A DNA stretch of 64,000 nt from NCBI GenBank assembly GCA_002415025.1, contig DIBR01000014.1, forward strand, positions 4,520 to 68,519, given 5' to 3'. The notes beneath the pieces were generated by a model. The model was not told where the DNA came from. It saw nothing but the letters and a program-made list of their open reading frames with translations, and did no database searches. Position numbers and translations under genes: made by a program. Of this stretch, positions 48,979 through 63,785 are shown one piece after another. Source of the stretch: Spongiibacteraceae bacterium UBA5047 (GTDB lineage: Bacteria; Pseudomonadota; Gammaproteobacteria; Pseudomonadales; Spongiibacteraceae). The number at the start of each line of letters is the position of its first letter. The stretch's first letter is position 1.

Positions 48979-49824
48979 TTAATTCCGTTTGGGTAACAAA
49001 CTGACGGGGTTAATGGGTTTCCCGTCTTTCCGTATTTCAAAATGCAGTTTCGTTCGGTCTGTTCCGGTATCGCCCATTCGGGCAATAACCTGCCCCTGCC
49101 GGATGGATTCTCCTTCCTTTACCAGCAAGCGGTTGTTGTGGGCATAGGCACTGAGATAGCGCTCGTTGTGTTTCACAATCAAAAGCTTGCCGTAACCCAC
49201 CAAACCGCTGCCGGCGTATACCACCACGCCATTGGCGACTGCTTTTACAGGCTGCTCCTGTTTGCCCGCAATATCAATACCCTTATGGGCATATTCGGAG
49301 CCGCTAAAGCCTCGAATAACCTTCCCCGCCGTCGGCCATTGCCAAGCCGTTAGCGCTGTTGTCTCAACAACTTGCGTGGGCTTTCTGGCAGGCACTCTAG
49401 CTACTGGTGGCGATGCCGCGGTCGGCTTGGACGGGCTGTTAGACGCGCCGGTTTTACCTGCAGTTGGGGTTTTCGAGGGGCGCCGCACCGGCGCGCTCAC
49501 CGCCGTCCGTTCGGGAGCTCGCGCCCTGTCATTCAGGTTCAAACGCTGGCCCGGCACAATACGATAATCCGACCCTATTCCGTTAGCAGCTGCTAACCCC
49601 CTAAAGTCCAGTCCGTAGCGAAATGCTATTGAGTACAGCGTATCTCCCGAGCGTACAACATAGCTGCCCGGCACACGCTCGGGGGGGGAATGAAGATCAC
49701 TTACGGGGGCATAATTGGGCGCGCCGGTACACGCCGACAGCAGTGCCAGGGTGCAAACCAGGAGAAATTTCCACGTCCGTCTACCGACGGCGGCAGCGAC
49801 CCGGTTGGCTCTGGATTTTTGCAA
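48979..49824 (-). CDS. nlpD: LysM/M23 lipoprotein NlpD
   Basis: Lipobox LSAC, LysM YVVRSGDTLYSIA, M23 YAHN and LHFEIR. Confidence 0.93.
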   Translation of the reverse strand: MQKSRANRVAAAVGRRTWKFLLVCTLALLSACTGAPNYAPVSDLHSPPERVPGSYVVRSGDTLYSIAFRYGLDFRGLAAANGIGSDYRIVPGQRLNLNDRARAPERTAVSAPVRRPSKTPTAGKTGASNSPSKPTAASPPVARVPARKPTQVVETTALTAWQWPTAGKVIRGFSGSEYAHKGIDIAGKQEQPVKAVANGVVVYAGSGLVGYGKLLIVKHNERYLSAYAHNNRLLVKEGESIRQGQVIARMGDTGTDRTKLHFEIRKDGKPINPVSLLPKRN

Positions 49825-49992
49825 AATGCCCCTCGCCCTCGCTGAAACTGCGGTCGAAAAAATGCGGCAAGCACGCGAAAAAATGTGCCGCCACCTACCT
49901 CTTCCCGGTCACCTGATACGGGATTTTAATAACTGTTTGTACTTTAACCATGTTTAATATAAACAAAAAGTCTTAGTAAATAGTTAACAGTT

Positions 49993-50859
49993 TCAGGCTT
50001 CCTGCGGCTTCCGGCCGGCCCAGAAATTAACCCCGATCACTAGCAGCATGCCCACCGTAAAACTGGCGAAGTCCATTGCCAGCTCCGCCGGGAACACAAC
50101 CGCCGGCGGCCCGGCTGAAGGATCGGCGGTCCAGGGCCACAACACTTTCACCGACGCAAACAATACACCGATCAGGAAACTCATTAACAGGTCGCGATAG
50201 CGTTCCAGCAACCAGGACAGCAGTCGCACGAACAACAGCAAACCAACCGCACAACCACCTGCGAAAATTGCCAGGGTAAGCCATTGAAGCTGGTGCACAG
50301 CCTCCAGTACAAAAGGGTAAACGCCCATCATCAACAACAAAAAGCTGCCCGAAATACCCGGCAGAATCATCGCGCAAATGGCAATGGCCCCGGCACCAAA
50401 CAAAATAAGGGGTGAGGGCGTAATTTCCACCGGTCGCAATTCAGAGATACCCAGCATCACCAACACACCTGCAAGCAGGCTGACAACCAGAGCACTGCGC
50501 CACTGTTGAATGTCACGCAGCAGCACAACCGCAGAGGCCAGAATCAGGCCAATAAAAAATGCGTAGATCTGTGTGGGATACTGCTCGAGTGCCAGACTGA
50601 TCAGTTTGGCCAGCGAAAACAGGCTGCAGCCAATGCCGGCCACCAGCGCTATCAGAAAGTTGCCGTTAACCCGCAGCCAGCACGCCCGAACCTGCCCCTT
50701 GAGCAGTAGCCGCAAAAGCTCAAGGTCAAACGCACGAATGCTGTTTATCAGGGTCGCGTAAATGCCGGTAATCAGCGCAACCGTACCACCGGAAACACCG
50801 GGCACTACATCCGCCGCACCCATTGCCATGCCTTTAAAAAAGGTGGAGAGCCAGTTCAC
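49993..50859 (-). CDS. DUF368 membrane protein
   Basis: GMAMGAADVVPGVSGGT and AMILPGISGS. Confidence 0.93.
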   Translation of the reverse strand: MNWLSTFFKGMAMGAADVVPGVSGGTVALITGIYATLINSIRAFDLELLRLLLKGQVRACWLRVNGNFLIALVAGIGCSLFSLAKLISLALEQYPTQIYAFFIGLILASAVVLLRDIQQWRSALVVSLLAGVLVMLGISELRPVEITPSPLILFGAGAIAICAMILPGISGSFLLLMMGVYPFVLEAVHQLQWLTLAIFAGGCAVGLLLFVRLLSWLLERYRDLLMSFLIGVLFASVKVLWPWTADPSAGPPAVVFPAELAMDFASFTVGMLLVIGVNFWAGRKPQEA

Positions 50860-51524
50860 TATCCCACCCTGCCGGAGACCAGGGGAACGAACATCACCGC
50901 TTCGATAGAGAGTTCTTCCAGGCTTTCGCCTTGCTTCTTTAACAGGCGCAATTGCTGGTGACGGCTGTTACCCACCGGAATGACCAGCATGCCGCCATCG
51001 GCGAGCTGGTCAATTAATGCTTGCGGAATAGTCTCGGGGGCGGCGGTGACCAAAATCCCGTCATAGGGGCCGCGCTCTTCCCACCCCATACCGCCGTCGG
51101 CATGTTTCAAGTGAACATTGCTCAGGCCGAGCATGCGCATGCGCTCGCGCGCCTTGGATTGCAGGGGAAGAATGCGCTCCACGCTATACACCCTGTCTAC
51201 CAGCTGGGCCAAGACGGCCGTCTGGTAGCCCGACCCTGTGCCCACTTCCAACACACGCTTTCGCGGCCCGGTAGACAGCAACAACTCCGTCATACGCGCA
51301 ACGATATACGGTTGCGAGAGCGTTTGCTGATAGCCGATTGGCAGCGCGCTGTCTTCATAAGCGCGATGCGCCAATGCTTCGTCGAGAAATATATGGCGTG
51401 GCGTTCGCGCCATTACATCAAGTACCGCCTGATCTGTAACACCCTGTTCCCTCAGGCGACTGATCAGGCGATCTCGCGTGCGCTGGGATGTCATCCCGAT
51501 ACCGCCCAAATTTAACTGCGTCAT
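50859..51524 (-). CDS. pcm: Protein-L-isoaspartate O-methyltransferase
   Basis: [22 protein letters not shown]. Confidence 0.97.
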   Translation of the reverse strand: MTQLNLGGIGMTSQRTRDRLISRLREQGVTDQAVLDVMARTPRHIFLDEALAHRAYEDSALPIGYQQTLSQPYIVARMTELLLSTGPRKRVLEVGTGSGYQTAVLAQLVDRVYSVERILPLQSKARERMRMLGLSNVHLKHADGGMGWEERGPYDGILVTAAPETIPQALIDQLADGGMLVIPVGNSRHQQLRLLKKQGESLEELSIEAVMFVPLVSGRVG

Positions 51525-51528
51525 CTTT

Positions 51529-52533
51529 TTATACTGTGACCTCTGAATAATCGATCAATTCTCGCACAAGGGCGGTAGCAAAGCAGCCTCGGGGCAAACT
51601 GAAACGCAGGCGCAGCCCGCCTTCATCGTCCCGTGCTTCAAAATGTTGAGGGTACACGCGCAAAGCACGCCGGTCAGCATCGACACCGGCCTTTTCCAGG
51701 CCTTTGCACAGGGCAACCTCCTGATCAAAAACGGCTTGTTCGATGTCTGCCACTTGGGCGCTGGTCTGACGGCGACCACGTCGCCCCGCCAACGGGCCAG
51801 ACAACTGGATAGCACCGCTGGCCAGACGCTGCCGAATGTCGGCGCTATCATCGGTGGTAAACAGACTATTACCGTCACCGAGCATAAACAGCTCGCCGTC
51901 CAGCGCCGTGTTCCAGCTCCCGGCTTGCACGCGCTCCGCCAGCACCGCATTAAACAGTTGTGCCCGCGCCACCGACAGCAACAGCCCGCGCTTAAAACGG
52001 GTCGGGCGGCGACCACCGGCAAACCAGCGGCGTGCTTCGGCAAGATTTTGCCCGCCAAAACGCTGCTCACCAAAATAGTTAGGAACGCCGTCCGCTTCAA
52101 CCTTTATCAGCCGGTCAGCAATGCGCTCTCTGGCCACGCCACGCAATAACAAGTCGAAGTTATTATAACGGTGGGTGCCGCGCCGCAGCTTTCGTTGATG
52201 GCGTTGCGACTGTAAAACGCGGCACTGGGGATGTGTAAATGTCGACCAATCCGCGCTCGGCTGACCCAGCATATGCAAGCCGAACCATTGCCTTGTTATG
52301 GCGTGCTTGTCTTTCATCCCGGAATAGCTGACGTCTTTCGCACCACTAAAGCGTTGTAGTATTTCCGCCGCGTCCGGGGTTGTCATTTGCGTCTTTTCAA
52401 TCTGCACCCAATCGAATTCGCCGGAGCCACTGAACTCCACATCCATGAGCTCCTCCACGCGAAAATCTTGAGGCTCCTGGCGCAGAATACCGCTAACGGT
52501 CGGCTCCCCCCAGGCAAATGGCGCCTTCAGCAC
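51529..52533 (-). CDS. truD: tRNA pseudouridine(13) synthase
   Basis: [38 protein letters not shown]. Confidence 0.96.
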   Translation of the reverse strand: MLKAPFAWGEPTVSGILRQEPQDFRVEELMDVEFSGSGEFDWVQIEKTQMTTPDAAEILQRFSGAKDVSYSGMKDKHAITRQWFGLHMLGQPSADWSTFTHPQCRVLQSQRHQRKLRRGTHRYNNFDLLLRGVARERIADRLIKVEADGVPNYFGEQRFGGQNLAEARRWFAGGRRPTRFKRGLLLSVARAQLFNAVLAERVQAGSWNTALDGELFMLGDGNSLFTTDDSADIRQRLASGAIQLSGPLAGRRGRRQTSAQVADIEQAVFDQEVALCKGLEKAGVDADRRALRVYPQHFEARDDEGGLRLRFSLPRGCFATALVRELIDYSEVTV

Positions 52534-53015
52534 GCAATTCCCTCAAGCAAAACAACGGCGAAGGCTGCTATACCTTCTTCACGACCGGTAAAACCCAAAT
52601 GCTCACTGGTTGTCGCCTTAACACCTATGCGATCAGCTGCAACCTGCAGGTCTTCGGCGATAGCTACCCGCATGGAGTCGACGTGAGGAGCGAGTCGCGG
52701 CTTTTGCGCCACAACGGTGATGTCAGCGTTAGCCAATTCATAGCCGCGTTCGCGTATGAGCTGATACACATGGCGCAGTAGCTGACGGCTGTCAATACCG
52801 GCGTAACGCTGGTCGGTATCAGGAAAATGTTTGCCGATGTCACCGAGCGCCAGAGCACCCAGCAAGGCATCGCACAGCGCGTGCAGAACCACATCGCCGT
52901 CGGAATGTGCAATCAAACCGCGATCGCAGGCAATACGTACACCGCCCAGGGTAACGGCACTGCCATCCCCGAAGCGATGCACATCAATGCCCTGACCTAT
53001 ACGGATATTAGCCAT
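52527..53015 (-). CDS. ispF: 2-C-methyl-D-erythritol 2,4-cyclodiphosphate synthase
   Basis: [28 protein letters not shown]. Confidence 0.97.
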   Translation of the reverse strand: MANIRIGQGIDVHRFGDGSAVTLGGVRIACDRGLIAHSDGDVVLHALCDALLGALALGDIGKHFPDTDQRYAGIDSRQLLRHVYQLIRERGYELANADITVVAQKPRLAPHVDSMRVAIAEDLQVAADRIGVKATTSEHLGFTGREEGIAAFAVVLLEGIAC

Positions 53016-53718
53016 CGCCCTGAGCCTCCAGAATACGTGATGCCAGCTCCAGATCTTCAGGTTGAGTGATTTTGATATTGCGACTGCTGCCGGGGAAAAG
53101 TTTTGGGGTATGCCCGGCAAGCTCCAGAGCCGATGCCTCATCAGTCACCTGTTGGCCACTGGCCAATGCCTGCTGCAGGGCATCGCGCAACAAGCCGTAT
53201 CGGAACATCTGCGGTGTTTGCGCAGCCCACAACTGACTTCGGTCGACTGTGGCAACAATATTGCGATTGTTATCCGCCTGCTTAAGCGTATCTGCAACGG
53301 GCACAGCCATAATGCCGCCCACCGGATCATCAGCCAAGGCATCAAACATGGCGCGCAACGCGGCACTGCTCACACACGGTCGAGCCGCATCGTGAACGAT
53401 TACCCAGTCGCTGTCAGAGGCGTTGGTCAGTGCCAGCAATCCGGCCAACACCGAATCGGCACGCTCTGCCCCGCCAATCACAACGCTCACCCGCACGTCG
53501 GACATAATGGATAACTCGTGCCACCGTTGATCTTCACGGGAAACTGCTACCGCAACCTGTTCCAGGCGGGAGCTTTTTAGCAGGCGCTTAACCGAACGTG
53601 ACAGCAGCGTCTCGCCGCCAATACTGAGATATTGCTTCGGAATGTCGGCCCCCATGCGCTTGCCCTGACCGGCAGCAGGTACAACCGCCCACCAGCGTTG
53701 ACGTTGCGGGGCACTCAT
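53008..53718 (-). CDS. ispD: 2-C-methyl-D-erythritol 4-phosphate cytidylyltransferase
   Basis: [30 protein letters not shown]. Confidence 0.97.
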   Translation of the reverse strand: MSAPQRQRWWAVVPAAGQGKRMGADIPKQYLSIGGETLLSRSVKRLLKSSRLEQVAVAVSREDQRWHELSIMSDVRVSVVIGGAERADSVLAGLLALTNASDSDWVIVHDAARPCVSSAALRAMFDALADDPVGGIMAVPVADTLKQADNNRNIVATVDRSQLWAAQTPQMFRYGLLRDALQQALASGQQVTDEASALELAGHTPKLFPGSSRNIKITQPEDLELASRILEAQGDG

Positions 53719-54005
53719 TTGCTTTCTTCCTCGTCGACAACCAGATAAAAGGTCTCACCTTCCCTGATTAAGCCGAGTTCCTGACGAGCCCGCTCTTCAA
53801 CTGTCGCAAGATCGGTTTTCAGGCTTTGAACTTCGCGAGACAATCGCTCGTTGCGTTCACGCAATTCGGCGTTACTGTGCTCTTGCTCGGCAATCTGTCT
53901 GCGCAGCCGGGTGATCTCTTCCCAGCTGCCCGGACCAAACCACAAGCGGTATTGCACGATCAGCAATACCGCAAGTAGAAGGAACAGAAGCCAGTTTCGT
54001 CTCAT
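53715..54005 (-). CDS. ftsB: Cell division protein FtsB
   Basis: QYRLWFG, coiled coil, EERARQELG. Confidence 0.95.
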   Translation of the reverse strand: MRRNWLLFLLLAVLLIVQYRLWFGPGSWEEITRLRRQIAEQEHSNAELRERNERLSREVQSLKTDLATVEERARQELGLIREGETFYLVVDEEESK

Positions 54006-54030
54006 GCCCTAGCGTGCCTCACACGGCAGA

Positions 54031-55344
<1,314 letters not shown>

Positions 55345-55367
55345 TCAGTTTTCAGCAGACAGGTTAA

Positions 55368-57852
<2,485 letters not shown>

Positions 57853-58034
57853 CTACCTTTAAGTATGCAGGTTATGAGAGTAGAGGTGCGGGAAAGCGAG
57901 CTTTCGAAACCCCCGTGAGATGGGTGGTCAGTCTATCAGGATGACCTTGATGAGACAAACGAAATACCGCTCTCATACGCCTGCCCAGTCTGCTATAATC
58001 GCGCGCTCACAGCTTCACAGCCAAGGCTCTTTAA

Positions 58035-58841
58035 ATGCAACCGATGTTGAATATTGCGCTGCGCGCTGCGCGCAAGGCGGGGGATATCATTGCCCGCGCG
58101 TCCGAACAAACCGAGCGACTCAAGATTGAGTCCAAGGGTACCAACGACTTTGTTACTGACATTGATCGTGCTGCCGAGCGGGAAATTGTCTATCACATCA
58201 ACAAGGCCTTCCCCGAACACGCCATTCTGGGAGAGGAATCGGGCCTGACCGAAAACGGTGACTCCGAGTACCAATGGGTGATCGACCCGCTTGACGGCAC
58301 CACCAACTTTATTCGCGGTATCCCCCACTACGCCGTATCAATCGCCTGCCTGCACAAGGGCGTGGTGGAACATGCGGTGGTACTCGACCCCATTCGCCGC
58401 GAAGAATTCACCGCCAGTCGCGGTCGCGGCGCGCAGCTCAACGGGCGCCGACTGCGAGTCAGCACGCTGGCCTCACTGGAAGGCAGCCTGATAGGAACGG
58501 GCATTCCCTACAAATCCCGCAATGACCACCTTATTCCCGCTTACACCGAGAGCCTGGCGGCGGTCACCTCGCAAACAGCCGGTATTCGCCGTGCTGGCGC
58601 GGCGGCTCTAGATCTGGCCTACGTAGCGGCAGGCCGTCTGGACGGGTTTTGGGAAATAGGCCTGAATCGTTGGGATATCGCCGCCGGTGTTCTACTGATT
58701 CGCGAAGCGGGTGGCCTGATCAGCGACTATCAGGGCGGTAATAATTACCTGGAGAGCGGCAACATTGTGGCCGCAAACCCCAAAGTCTTAAAACCCCTGC
58801 TGCAAACCCTCAAACCCCATCTGGGTCATCTCGGCAAGTAA
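58035..58841 (+). CDS. suhB: Inositol monophosphatase / Nus factor SuhB
   Basis: MQPMLNIA.RAAR.AG, WVIDPLDGTTNF, WDIAAG. Confidence 0.96.
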   Translation: MQPMLNIALRAARKAGDIIARASEQTERLKIESKGTNDFVTDIDRAAEREIVYHINKAFPEHAILGEESGLTENGDSEYQWVIDPLDGTTNFIRGIPHYAVSIACLHKGVVEHAVVLDPIRREEFTASRGRGAQLNGRRLRVSTLASLEGSLIGTGIPYKSRNDHLIPAYTESLAAVTSQTAGIRRAGAAALDLAYVAAGRLDGFWEIGLNRWDIAAGVLLIREAGGLISDYQGGNNYLESGNIVAANPKVLKPLLQTLKPHLGHLGK

Positions 58842-59771
58842 ATCCGGGTAGCCTCTTAGGCCCTGCAAACCGCCGGTGTGCAGGGCAGTAATCCGCTTGC
58901 CTTGCAACTCACCTGCCGCTAGCTGCCGGTACACACCCCAGAGCATCTTGCCGTTGTAGACCGGGTCCAGCGCAACGCCATGACGCCGATAAAACCCGGC
59001 AATAAAAGCCTGCAGATCACTATTGCACTTTCCGTAGCCCCCGCCGTGAAAGCGCTGCTCAATTCGCCAACCCGGCAAGGCCGCAGTGACTTCGAGCGCT
59101 GCATGCCATTGGCGAATATCCGCCTCGAGGAAGCCCGCCCCCTTTAATGCCGAGTATCCAACCACCTGCACGCTCGAAGCGCCACCCGCCATGCCTGCCA
59201 GCAAGCCCGCCAGAGTACCACCAGTACCGCAGGGCAGAATGATCATCTCGCCGGTCTCAAGCCGGTTATTTAACGCCCGCCCCAAAGCGGCACAACTCTG
59301 AACACCGGCCAAATCACTGCCGCCCTCGGGCAACCAGCAGTAGCCGGGAAACCGGGCTTGCAACTGCGCCAGAAAATCGGGGTCACGGCGCTGCCGATAC
59401 TCGCTGCGCGATACAAAATGCAGGTTCATGCCCCAACGCCCGGCATCTTCCAGCATCGCACCGGGAGGGGCATGCGCATCACCGCGCACAACGCCAAGTG
59501 TTTTCAAGCCATAGGCACGCCCCGCCGCCGCCAGAGCATGAAGGTGGTTGGACCAGGCGCCGCCAAAGCTCGCCAGCCCGAACGCATTGTTGCGCAGCGC
59601 CTCCGTAACGGCAGGCATCAGCTTAAAGGCTTTGTTTCCGTTTAGGGCACCGGGTATGTGATCGAGACGGTAAAGCCGCAGTTGGGCGCCGGCCCGATCC
59701 AGTATTTCATCATGAATGGTGGTGAAAGCGGGCTGCCCGTTGACATGCTCCGCAAGCGGTGCCGGCATCAA
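58788..59771 (-). CDS. PLP-dependent D-cysteine desulfhydrase / ACC deaminase family
   Basis: GNKAFK, FGGAWSNH, PEGG, GTGGT, LDPVYNGK, HTGG. Confidence 0.9.
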   Translation of the reverse strand: MMPAPLAEHVNGQPAFTTIHDEILDRAGAQLRLYRLDHIPGALNGNKAFKLMPAVTEALRNNAFGLASFGGAWSNHLHALAAAGRAYGLKTLGVVRGDAHAPPGAMLEDAGRWGMNLHFVSRSEYRQRRDPDFLAQLQARFPGYCWLPEGGSDLAGVQSCAALGRALNNRLETGEMIILPCGTGGTLAGLLAGMAGGASSVQVVGYSALKGAGFLEADIRQWHAALEVTAALPGWRIEQRFHGGGYGKCNSDLQAFIAGFYRRHGVALDPVYNGKMLWGVYRQLAAGELQGKRITALHTGGLQGLRGYPDLLAEMTQMGFEGLQQGF

Positions 59772-61138
59772 TGAATGCTCGCATCCTGCACTGAATCAGC
59801 CAGATCCAAATGATCTCGCTGCCCCTGATGGGCACGACAGCGGTCGCCCTCACCGTGGCGAAAGAACTTGGGTTTAAGCACTTTATCTATTGGCTCGCCG
59901 CAAACCTTGCCTGCCTCATCGGTATGACGACACACCGGCAGCCGATAGTGCATCATCCACTCGCGGTAGTGTTCTTCGATGACGCCGCAGCGCTCTGCAA
60001 CAAAGGCGATGGGATTACTTAAATAATCGGTGATTTCGGCCGGGGTCAGCACAAGATGCTCTATACCCGGATGATAGGCCACAAAGGTGATGCCGCTGTC
60101 AGTCATACGCTGCAACACCTGACCGCTATCGTTCTTCAAGAGCGACTGCTGTTCTTTCTTCAACTGCGCAACCTCTTCCCGCAGGCTGCCTATCTGCTCG
60201 CCGCGGTAGTGCAATTCGGCCTCGCGCATACTGATGCGCTCCTGCAGCTCTTCTGCCTGCTGCGCCAACCGCTCGTTGAGCTCGGTCGAAAACTGCTCCC
60301 GCAATACCTCCAGCTCCGCCGAGTAGGAAGCACTCCCCTTCTTCAGGGTATCCTCGTAGTTTTCGCGAATCTTGTTGAACTGCTGCTGGTGCCTGTCGAC
60401 CGCCTGCTGTAACTCCAGCTCATTGCGCCGCGATTTTGACAGGCGCCGCTTAAACTCCTGCTGCACCTCATCACGCTTTTGCATGCGCTCCTGATGCTCG
60501 CTCTCCAGCATTTCAACACGACGTTTCAGGCGCTCACCCAGCGTTTTCAGTTCCAGCTCGTGCTTCCCGCGCAAGTCCTCAAGACGGCGCCGGTATTTGC
60601 GATTAAAGGCAGGTCCGCTACGAACCGGCGCAGAGGCCGGCTCGGATACAACAACCGGGGGCGCCACCGCTCGCGGCGCTTCAGGCACCGAACGCTCAGC
60701 TACCAAACCCAGACGATTTCGGCTTACCGCTTCTTTTAGCAGATCAAAGGTTGAAAGGTTTCCCTGTAACTCCGGGTCCCACAGCTTGTCTTTATACCAG
60801 GCAACCGGGCAGGAGCTGCGACAGGCGAGCCGGATAACACCCTCGCCCAGATTGGGACCATTCAAACCATGATCAGCAAGATGCTGTAGCGGGATGTTCC
60901 AGCTGGCCTCAACTTGCCCGTCATCGGTGAAAGGCACCGTGAAAAACACTGCCGACTGGATATTCAGGCGGGGGGTAATTTGCAGAAAAACCGCTTTTAC
61001 AACGCGTCCGGCATAGCCCGGGAGGCCGATATAACCGTCGAGAACTGCCTCAAACTCGGGGTACAGCACTTCCTTGTCAACCAGGTCGCCCTTGAAAAAA
61101 ATAACGGCCTCATTGCTCCCTGCCTTAATATCGGGCAT
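59768..61138 (-). CDS. Conserved coiled-coil protein with C-terminal Cys/His cluster
   Basis: N-terminal globular domain (YPEFEAVLD, WNIPL.HL, GP..G.G.IRLACRS.CP), long Q/E/R heptads, C-terminal C..C..CxxH. Confidence 0.8.
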   Translation of the reverse strand: MPDIKAGSNEAVIFFKGDLVDKEVLYPEFEAVLDGYIGLPGYAGRVVKAVFLQITPRLNIQSAVFFTVPFTDDGQVEASWNIPLQHLADHGLNGPNLGEGVIRLACRSSCPVAWYKDKLWDPELQGNLSTFDLLKEAVSRNRLGLVAERSVPEAPRAVAPPVVVSEPASAPVRSGPAFNRKYRRRLEDLRGKHELELKTLGERLKRRVEMLESEHQERMQKRDEVQQEFKRRLSKSRRNELELQQAVDRHQQQFNKIRENYEDTLKKGSASYSAELEVLREQFSTELNERLAQQAEELQERISMREAELHYRGEQIGSLREEVAQLKKEQQSLLKNDSGQVLQRMTDSGITFVAYHPGIEHLVLTPAEITDYLSNPIAFVAERCGVIEEHYREWMMHYRLPVCRHTDEAGKVCGEPIDKVLKPKFFRHGEGDRCRAHQGQRDHLDLADSVQDASIH

Positions 61139-61430
61139 ACACCTTTGGCTCCCACTCGCCACAAAGGACATAACTTCTGGATACTATACGTAAAGCATAG
61201 ACTCAATTGGGAACGGCATCACACTAATTTGACTCCAATTTCCGCACGTGAGGCGCTCTTCCTCACGGCGAAGAGGCCGACGGCACTGCCTGAATGCCTA
61301 CGATGCCAGTCCCGGCTCGCGCTTCCCTCTCAGGCGTTTATTATTTGTGCAATTGGGCTTAGGATGGGCAGTTAATACAGAATGCTCCACAGAGCAGCAG
61401 AATGTCTGATCGAAAACCCCAGGGGGCCGC

Positions 61431-62864
61431 ATGAACAATCTGGCAGAAGCACAATCTATTCAGTCACCATCACGTATCGCAAATATCTTCGACAAACAAC
61501 GCAGTGCGTCGAGGCGCGCGCCCTACCCCAGCCTCAGCGAACGCATTGAGCACATCGACAAACTGGCCAGACTGCTGGAAACCCACCAGGACGCTATTGC
61601 CGAAGCCATCTCCACCGACTTTGGCAACCGCCCCAGCCAGGAGTCCAAAGTGCTGGAAATTTTCGGCCTTATCAGCGGCTGCAACTATACCCGCAAGCGA
61701 CTAAAAAAATGGATGAAACCGCAAAAGCGCCACGTGGGGCTGGCCTTCTTTGGCGCCAAAAACACGGTTATTCCGCAGCCCAAGGGCGTTGTCGGCATCG
61801 TCACCCCGTGGAATTATCCGTTGTTTCTGGCTTTAAGCCCGGCTATCAGCGCCCTGGCGGCGGGCAACCGCTGCATTATCAAAATGGCATCAAACTCCCA
61901 AACCCTCGCGAAGCTGATGGAAAAGCTAATCAGTGCCGAGTTTGACGAGACCGTTCTGGCCGTGGTGCCCGGCGTGTCCGCTGGCGAATTCACCCACCTG
62001 CCGTGGGATCACCTCGTATTCACCGGTTCGCCTGCCACCGCCAAAACGGTAATGGAGACAGCCGCCAAGTATCTGACGCCCGTAACACTTGAACTGGGCG
62101 GCAAATCGCCCACCATCATCGCCGACGACTTTGATATCAAGGTGGCCGCCGAGCGTCTGTTGTACGGCAAGTTTCTCAATGCAGGCCAAACCTGTGTCGC
62201 CCCCGACTATGTGTTTGTGCCCCGAGGCAAAGTACAGGCCTTTGTTGACGCAGCCAAAACCGTGGTCAAACAGCGCTACCCGCAGCTCGACACCGCCGAC
62301 TACACCTCCATTATTGACGAGAAATCCTACCAGCGGCTGAGCAAAACACTGGATGACGCCACAAGCAAAGGAGCCAAAGCCGTCAACCTGATGGGCCAGG
62401 TCGTCAAGGACGACAAACTGCGCAAGATCGCGCCCCATGTCGTATGCGATGTGAACCCGAATATGATGATCATGCAGGATGAAATTTTCGGGCCACTGCT
62501 GCCGCTCAAGCCCTACGACAAAATAGAGGAAGTCATTGAGTACATTAATGAGAATGAGCGGCCATTGGCTCTGTATCTCTATAGCAACAACAAGGCGCTG
62601 CAAAATCAGGTGATTTACAACACCCTGTCCGGCGGTATGTGCATCAACGACAGCGTAGTGCATGTGGCTCAGCACGATATGCCGTTCGGCGGCGTGGGCA
62701 ACTCCGGCATGGGCCACTATCACGGCCATGAAGGCTTTATCGAGTTTTCGAAAATGCGCCCGATATTCAAACAGGGGCCGATGAGCGGATTGTTAATGAT
62801 GGCGCCGCCCTATGGGGCCACGTTCGACAAGATGTACAAGATGATGCTGAAGCTAAAACTGTGA
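61431..62864 (+). CDS. Aldehyde dehydrogenase (coniferyl-aldehyde/CalB-like)
   Basis: PWNYP, FTGS, LELGGKSP, NAGQTCVAPDY, EIFGP, PFGGVG.SGMG.YHG. Confidence 0.93.
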   Translation: MNNLAEAQSIQSPSRIANIFDKQRSASRRAPYPSLSERIEHIDKLARLLETHQDAIAEAISTDFGNRPSQESKVLEIFGLISGCNYTRKRLKKWMKPQKRHVGLAFFGAKNTVIPQPKGVVGIVTPWNYPLFLALSPAISALAAGNRCIIKMASNSQTLAKLMEKLISAEFDETVLAVVPGVSAGEFTHLPWDHLVFTGSPATAKTVMETAAKYLTPVTLELGGKSPTIIADDFDIKVAAERLLYGKFLNAGQTCVAPDYVFVPRGKVQAFVDAAKTVVKQRYPQLDTADYTSIIDEKSYQRLSKTLDDATSKGAKAVNLMGQVVKDDKLRKIAPHVVCDVNPNMMIMQDEIFGPLLPLKPYDKIEEVIEYINENERPLALYLYSNNKALQNQVIYNTLSGGMCINDSVVHVAQHDMPFGGVGNSGMGHYHGHEGFIEFSKMRPIFKQGPMSGLLMMAPPYGATFDKMYKMMLKLKL

Positions 62865-62873
62865 AGAGGTGAC

Positions 62874-62953
62874 GCCGGCAACGCTGCGCTTATCCCGGCC
62901 TACGAAACGCAATCAGGCTAATGTAGGCCCTAATAAGCGAAGCGTTTCGGGCG
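62874..62953. repeat. GTAG-type REP pair
   Basis: CGCTGCGCTTATCCCGGCCTAC ... GTAGGCCCTAATAAGCGAAGCG; same family as 7727-7798. Confidence 0.7.
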
Positions 62954-62995
62954 CCTTTGCCCGCATTTCGCACTCTGGTTTCTTTCAATACAAAC

Positions 62996-63021
62996 AAAAA
63001 ACCCTGCTCAATGGCAGGGTT
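62996..63021 (-). terminator. tRNA operon terminator
   Basis: AACCCTGC..GCAGGGTT followed by a T-run on the minus strand. Confidence 0.75.
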
Positions 63022-63050
63022 CCGTGTACTTCTAACTATCTGGGTTTGTA

Positions 63051-63127
63051 TGGCGGACCGGACGGGACTCGAACCCGCGACCTCCGGCGTGACAGGCCGG
63101 CATTCTAACCAACTGAACTACCGGTCC
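63051..63127 (-). tRNA. tRNA-Asp(GTC)
   Basis: GGACCGG acceptor stem, GTC anticodon, GTTCGAG T-loop, CCA end. Confidence 0.97.
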
Positions 63128-63152
63128 GCATAACAAACCAACTCGCTTAATA

Positions 63153-63228
63153 TGGTGGGTGGTGACGGGATCGAACCGCCGACCCTCTGCTTGTAAGGCA
63201 GATGCTCTCCCAGCTGAGCTAACCACCC
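63153..63228 (-). tRNA. tRNA-Val(TAC)
   Basis: GGGTGGT acceptor stem, TAC anticodon, GTTCGAT T-loop, CCA end. Confidence 0.97.
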
Positions 63229-63245
63229 CTACGCGAGTGGAGCGC

Positions 63246-63273
63246 ATTCTACAGTAAACCCTTCGCTTGTCAA
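63246..63273 (-). promoter_or_regulatory. Stable-RNA sigma70 promoter for tRNA-Val and tRNA-Asp
   Basis: TTGACA-N16-TAGAAT followed by the GC-rich discriminator GCGCTCC. Confidence 0.85.
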
Positions 63274-63431
63274 ACGTAACGACGACATTTTTTCAGGCCT
63301 GAATAAAGCATGATCAATTCGACTGATTATTGAACGAATTCAGGCACTAATGGAGCGTAGACACGCTGCTGTACATCGCCGACAGCGAGCATTACCATAG
63401 CCGCGTTTTGGGTAATCGCCGGGCCATACTC

Positions 63432-63785
63432 GTGGAAGTTTTCAAGGAATTCAGTTTTGAAGCAGCACACCGACTACCTCAGGTGCCGGCCGACCATAAA
63501 TGTAGCCGTCTCCACGGGCACACATTCTATGTTCGCTTAAGCGTCAGCGGCGAGTTGAATCCCGACATGGGCTGGCTAATGGACTTCGCTGATATCAAAT
63601 CAGCCTTCCAGCCTATCTATGATCGTCTGGACCACTACTACCTCAATGACATTCCAGGGCTGGAAAACCCCACCAGCGAAAATCTGGCCGTCTGGATCTG
63701 GCAGGAACTCAAGCCTCGGCTGCCCCAACTCAGTGCCGTTGAGATTCGGGAAACCTGCACCAGCGGGTGCATTTTCCGCGGCTGA
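63432..63785 (+). CDS. queD: 6-carboxy-5,6,7,8-tetrahydropterin synthase
   Basis: [35 protein letters not shown]. Confidence 0.96.
   Translation: MEVFKEFSFEAAHRLPQVPADHKCSRLHGHTFYVRLSVSGELNPDMGWLMDFADIKSAFQPIYDRLDHYYLNDIPGLENPTSENLAVWIWQELKPRLPQLSAVEIRETCTSGCIFRG

Noticed and set aside
63051-63228. tRNA-anchored genomic island
   Set aside because: No integrase and no duplicated tRNA 3' end seen in the window.
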